A stretch of DNA of 64,000 bases from Eledone cirrhosa. Lineage: Eukaryota. The translations under genes were made by a program, and so were the position numbers. The stretch covers positions 936-64,935 of the forward strand of contig CAXHJY010001577.1 of assembly GCA_964016885.1 (NCBI GenBank), in the 5' to 3' direction. Below are positions 59,528 through 64,000 of the stretch, one piece after another. The notes under the pieces were generated by a model that was not told the origin of the DNA, ran no database searches, and saw only the letters and a list, made by a program, of their open reading frames with translations. The number at the start of each line of letters is the position of its first letter. Position 1 is the stretch's first letter.

Positions 59528-59582
<55 letters not shown>

Positions 59583-59586
<4 letters not shown>

Positions 59587-59741
59587 AATTAGTATATCTA
59601 CTAACATATATATACAGATGCATACTTATGCCAGCAAATATATAGGTTTTGTCTTAGTAACTTTGTCGTTCAATGCATGGGGATGCAGAACAATAATATG
59701 AAAGACGTAAAATAAGAAAATTATAAAAATTAACTTACGTC

Positions 59742-59747
<6 letters not shown>
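59583..59747 (-). repeat. Diverged fragment of family A unit
   Basis: GGTTTTGTCTTAGTAACTTTG...GCAGAACAATAATATG. Confidence 0.85.
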
Positions 59748-59829
<82 letters not shown>

Positions 59830-59844
59830 TAACTTACGTCTTTC

Positions 59845-59883
<39 letters not shown>

Positions 59884-59890
<7 letters not shown>

Positions 59891-60148
59891 GTGATTTTTT
59901 TTTTACAAACTGAAAAATAGCCGAGGTGTCCTACACGAGTGTATGTATAAAGAAAAAAATATGAAATCTAAAATGCAACTGGAGTCTTATTTTTAAAAAA
60001 ATATATATATTTATTTGGTTCATTTACCGGTTTCGCAGTTCTTCTGCTTTTCAAAAGTAGAGTTGAGATGGAGGTTTGTGGTTTTTTTCACATATGGTTG
60101 GTCTTTGAATGTTACTTGTTTTGTATGGAAAAAAGTGGCTCGAAACGT
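59884..60148 (-). mobile_element. Family E element
   Basis: TACCGGTTTCGCAGTTCTTCTGCTTTTCAA. Confidence 0.78.
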
Positions 60149-60197
60149 ATATATATATATATACATGTGTTTATATATATATATACAATATATATAC

Positions 60198-60241
<44 letters not shown>

Positions 60242-60259
60242 TTATATATATATATTATA

Positions 60260-60305
<46 letters not shown>

Positions 60306-60332
60306 TTATATATATATATATATATTATATAC

Positions 60333-61240
60333 ACTCACTGTTTCTCCCCTTCTCACTTCACCCCGTTCGCGACGAATACAATTTCCTTCTTTCTTACATT
60401 TGGATTCATCTCGAAAGGTCTTTTTTCTAAGCGCTCATATATTCACCCAGCTTATGCTGACAGAATAACTATGTATCTTGTTCCCTTCCTATCTACGGTT
60501 AGCTTTCCTCTTTGTTGTTTACTTGTCTCACTCGCTTTACGTGTTTTAATTGTCCTAATAACTTAATTTAGTTATTATTGCACCAACGTGAGGTATATGA
60601 TTTTTAATGCAACGAAATATCTATGATCGTTGGCAAATCACTGATGAAGGGCTCATTTTATAACATGTTATCCATGTGCAACCTGCAGTATTCTTCTCCC
60701 CATTTTTTCACATATATTTACCTAAACTGTGATTCTGTTTTTCTCTCTCTCTCTCTCTTACTGCTCCCTCGTTCTCTCTGTTTCTCCTACTTTCTTTCGC
60801 CCCCTCTGTCATGTCAATTAACACTTTCTCTCTACTGACCTCTTCCTCACACTTCCACTCACTCACTCACTGTTTCTCCCCTTCTCACTTCACCCCGTTC
60901 GCGACGAATACAATTTCCTTCTTTCTTACATTTGGATTCATCTCGAAAGGTCTTTTTCTAAGCGCTCATATATTCACCCAGTTCATGCTGACAGAATAAC
61001 TATGTAGCATGTTCCCTTCCTATCTACGGTTAGCTTTCCTCTTTGTTGTTTACTTGTCTCACTCGCTTTACGCGTTTTAATTGTCCTAATAACTTAATTT
61101 AGTTATTATTGCACCAACGTGAGGTATATGATTTTTAATGCAATGAAATATCTATGATCGTTGGCAAATCACTGATGAGGGACTCATTTTATAACATGTT
61201 ATCCATGTGCAACCTGCAGTATTCTTCTCCCCATTTTTTC
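60333..61240. repeat. ~531-bp tandem duplication (1.7 copies) between (TA)n arrays
   Basis: CTGATGA context repeats at 60641 and 61172. Confidence 0.9.
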
Positions 61241-61353
61241 ATATATATATACATATTTATATATTATATATTTTTATATATATATATATACATATATATA
61301 TATTATATACTTTTATATATATATTATATATATATACATATATATATATTGTA

Positions 61354-61408
<55 letters not shown>

Positions 61409-61411
<3 letters not shown>

Positions 61412-62830
61412 TTTAGCCCGGCGTTGCTCAGGTTTGTTCATTTGCTATGAAAAGTTACATATAGGTAAACATGGCTTGAAAGCGAATAAGTTTATCAATT
61501 AAGTGCATAAAGCAGTTGAACCGGTTATTAAAAGTTACGAACCAATTATCATTTTGGACAATCAATGATGGGTTAATAATCTTCCAATAGCGAATTTAGT
61601 AGACCAAAGTTGCAAGATGGTGGCCCTCATGCCGCTGGGTGTCAGATCTGTCCGCCATGGGTGACCCTACCAGGAAATAGTTTTCCAGACGGCATAGCTC
61701 CAACACCTCCAACACCTGCACCAACATCTATAGCCCCTCTTTCTAGACGATATTGCGTGTCATCCCTTGAGGAGTGTAAGCAAACAGTACATTCCTGCTC
61801 CCTACGCGGTTACAGACAACATAAAGTTGGCCATGGGAGAAGCATGGCTACCCCAAATGGATGCCCGCCAGCGACAATGTTTGCCCTTGTGACTTGATAA
61901 TGGACATGGCAAAACATGGTCTCACCGGGAATTGGGATCGCCGGAAATCGAAGGGATATCCGACGCCGAGGGGAAAAGGTTCATCCTTGGCAGTGTATTC
62001 GGCAGAATTGCCAGAAGTACAACACTATGGGTGTTGTCATATTAATATTTAACCAATGAAAGTCGTAAAAAATAAATAATTAAACATTTCGATTCATATG
62101 TCTATAGCATTAATCTGTTATATGAAGTGTTATTTTGCGGGTAGTTATTTGCAATAAGCCGATTTAAAATACACCAGAAAAGCCGTATGTCTTTACGGAA
62201 CTCCAATGTCTCCCCCAGCAGTTAAATTATAGAGAGGGGGAATAATTTATTATAGAGAGAGGGAAGAGCGATGGAGAGAGTAAAGCTAAGAGACTATAGG
62301 GAGGTGTGTAAAACAGTGTTGTCATATAGAGAGTGAAGAGCGACAGAGAGAGTAAAGCAGTTAAATTATAGAGAGGGGGAATAATCAATTATAGAGAGAG
62401 GGAAGAGCGACGGAGAGAGTAAAGCTAAGAAACTATAGGGAGGTGTGTTAAACCTCAAAGCAGGAAGAGAGTAAAGCAGTTAAATTATAGAGAGGGGGAA
62501 GAGCCACGGATAGAGCGTTATGACTATGTTTGTTGTTGTATAAAATGATGTGTTGCTTAGGTTTCAAAGTTTATGTCGCGTTCCTGAACGAAGTTTTGTC
62601 GGTGTTGGGTAGTAGAGAGAGTGAATAAGCGTGTAAGAGAGAGGTTTACAGCATGTGTTAAGTTTTATCGACTTTTTTCATAGAAGCAGGAAATATTTTG
62701 CAAAGTTTATTAAGCGTTGACCATCTTTGGTAAATTTGGAGCTCATTGAAAAGAAAATCATCAAAATCGGTAGAGAAATGTGGAAATGCATAAAAATCAT
62801 ACACACACACAGACAGACATCTTCATTTAT
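61409..62830 (-). mobile_element. Deletion derivative of the 36548-41389 Helitron
   Basis: Matches its 3' ~550 bp and its 5' region (62220-62830); Rep/Hel mostly deleted. Confidence 0.88.
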
Positions 62831-63335
62831 ACCATAAAAGTGGTTTTGTGCTTGCGTGTATTTGTTCTCATCCTCCACATAACGACGTATTATCTCCGCT
62901 TTTTCCGTTCATTGCCAAGGAACGTCTTCACCAACCAAACTATCGTATATCGGTTGCAACGTTTTTCGAAATATTTACTTCTGCGTTCACAGATTGATTT
63001 TTTTAGTTTCAGAAGATCCCGTTAAGGGTGAAAGCAGCGATTCTTTGCTTAAACTTTAATCTGTTATTTTAATAAATATTTGCTCTAGGGTTCTTATATC
63101 TTTGATATATATTTATTTTATCGAGCCCTCTTTGGATTTTAGTCTTCACATTTATTATTATTACTATATATATATATATATAATTTTGGTTATATATGAA
63201 ATAAATATGGTTTTATAAAGGTAGTTACCATTTATTAATATTATTGATATTATACTCCAGAAGAAAATTGTAGAGTGCCTCTAATTTGTTATAAACTAAG
63301 TTTGTAGAATAACCAACAGATAAAATAACTCATTG

Positions 63336-63371
<36 letters not shown>

Positions 63372-63413
63372 AGGAGGTTATAGTTCACTTGAAGCATTGT
63401 GTAATGAGGTATA

Positions 63414-63780
63414 AACGTTAGAATATGTGTAATAAGGCCATGACAATGCAGATATGGACATAGAAAAAAGAATGCAATAGTGAGAGATATTGATGAGAAA
63501 TCGTGTTTCACCTTGAATTTATTTAAATGTCCTTAATTTTCGAGATAATATCTCTTCTTCGGAGGGAAGTAAAAGTCTCAGACCAGCGTCTTAAATTTCT
63601 AATTAAGACGCTGGTCTGAGACTTTTACTTCCCTCCGAAGAAGAGATATGTCGAAAATTAAAGACATTTAAATAAATTCAAGGTGAAAGACGATTTCTCA
63701 TCAATATCTCTCACTATTGCATTCTTTTTTCTACGTCCATATCTGCATTCTCTTGGCCTTATTACACATATTCTTACGTT
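63414..63780. repeat. ~180-bp-arm palindrome with minimal HHR-like motif (63531-63565, minus)
   Basis: Arms 63414-63594 and 63602-63780; CCT-CCGAAGA-AGAGATATTATCTC-GAAA-AT-TA-AGG. Confidence 0.8.
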
Positions 63781-63844
63781 TTTATATATATATATATATA
63801 TATATACATATGTATATATAAATATATATATATATATACATATG

Positions 63845-63945
<101 letters not shown>

Positions 63946-63946
63946 G

Positions 63947-63977
<31 letters not shown>

Positions 63978-64000
63978 GTATATATATATATATACACATA

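Overview
Eukaryotic, extremely (TA)n-rich repeat DNA; the SINE and RTE repertoire suggests a cephalopod, probably Octopus (inference). No host gene is supportable, and the YIYI/VCVC ORFs are microsatellite artefacts. Coding content is mobile: one apparently intact Penelope-like element (PLE; ORF1 plus RT/GIY-YIG ORF2, minus strand, 27643-31023), two Naiad-like PLE remnants, several Helitrons, mariner and RTE remnants, SINEs and MITEs. The main signal is non-coding. About ten unrelated sequence families carry type I hammerhead ribozyme (HHR) motifs, found and paired by eye. They occur as tandem arrays (about 522, 413, 310 and 102 nt units), as about 1.1-mers with terminal redundancy, and at PLE 3' ends. 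Most sit in (TA)n, often as divergent head-to-head pairs, some of which join two different families. This resembles a retrozyme/PLE pLTR system mobilised by a (TA)n-targeting PLE. The intact PLE has a HIV-type U_UUU_UUA slippery site whose -1 frame links ORF1 to the RT ORF. The first ~9.2 kb is a fold-back palindrome that may be an assembly artefact. No ribozyme activity, expression or novelty was tested.
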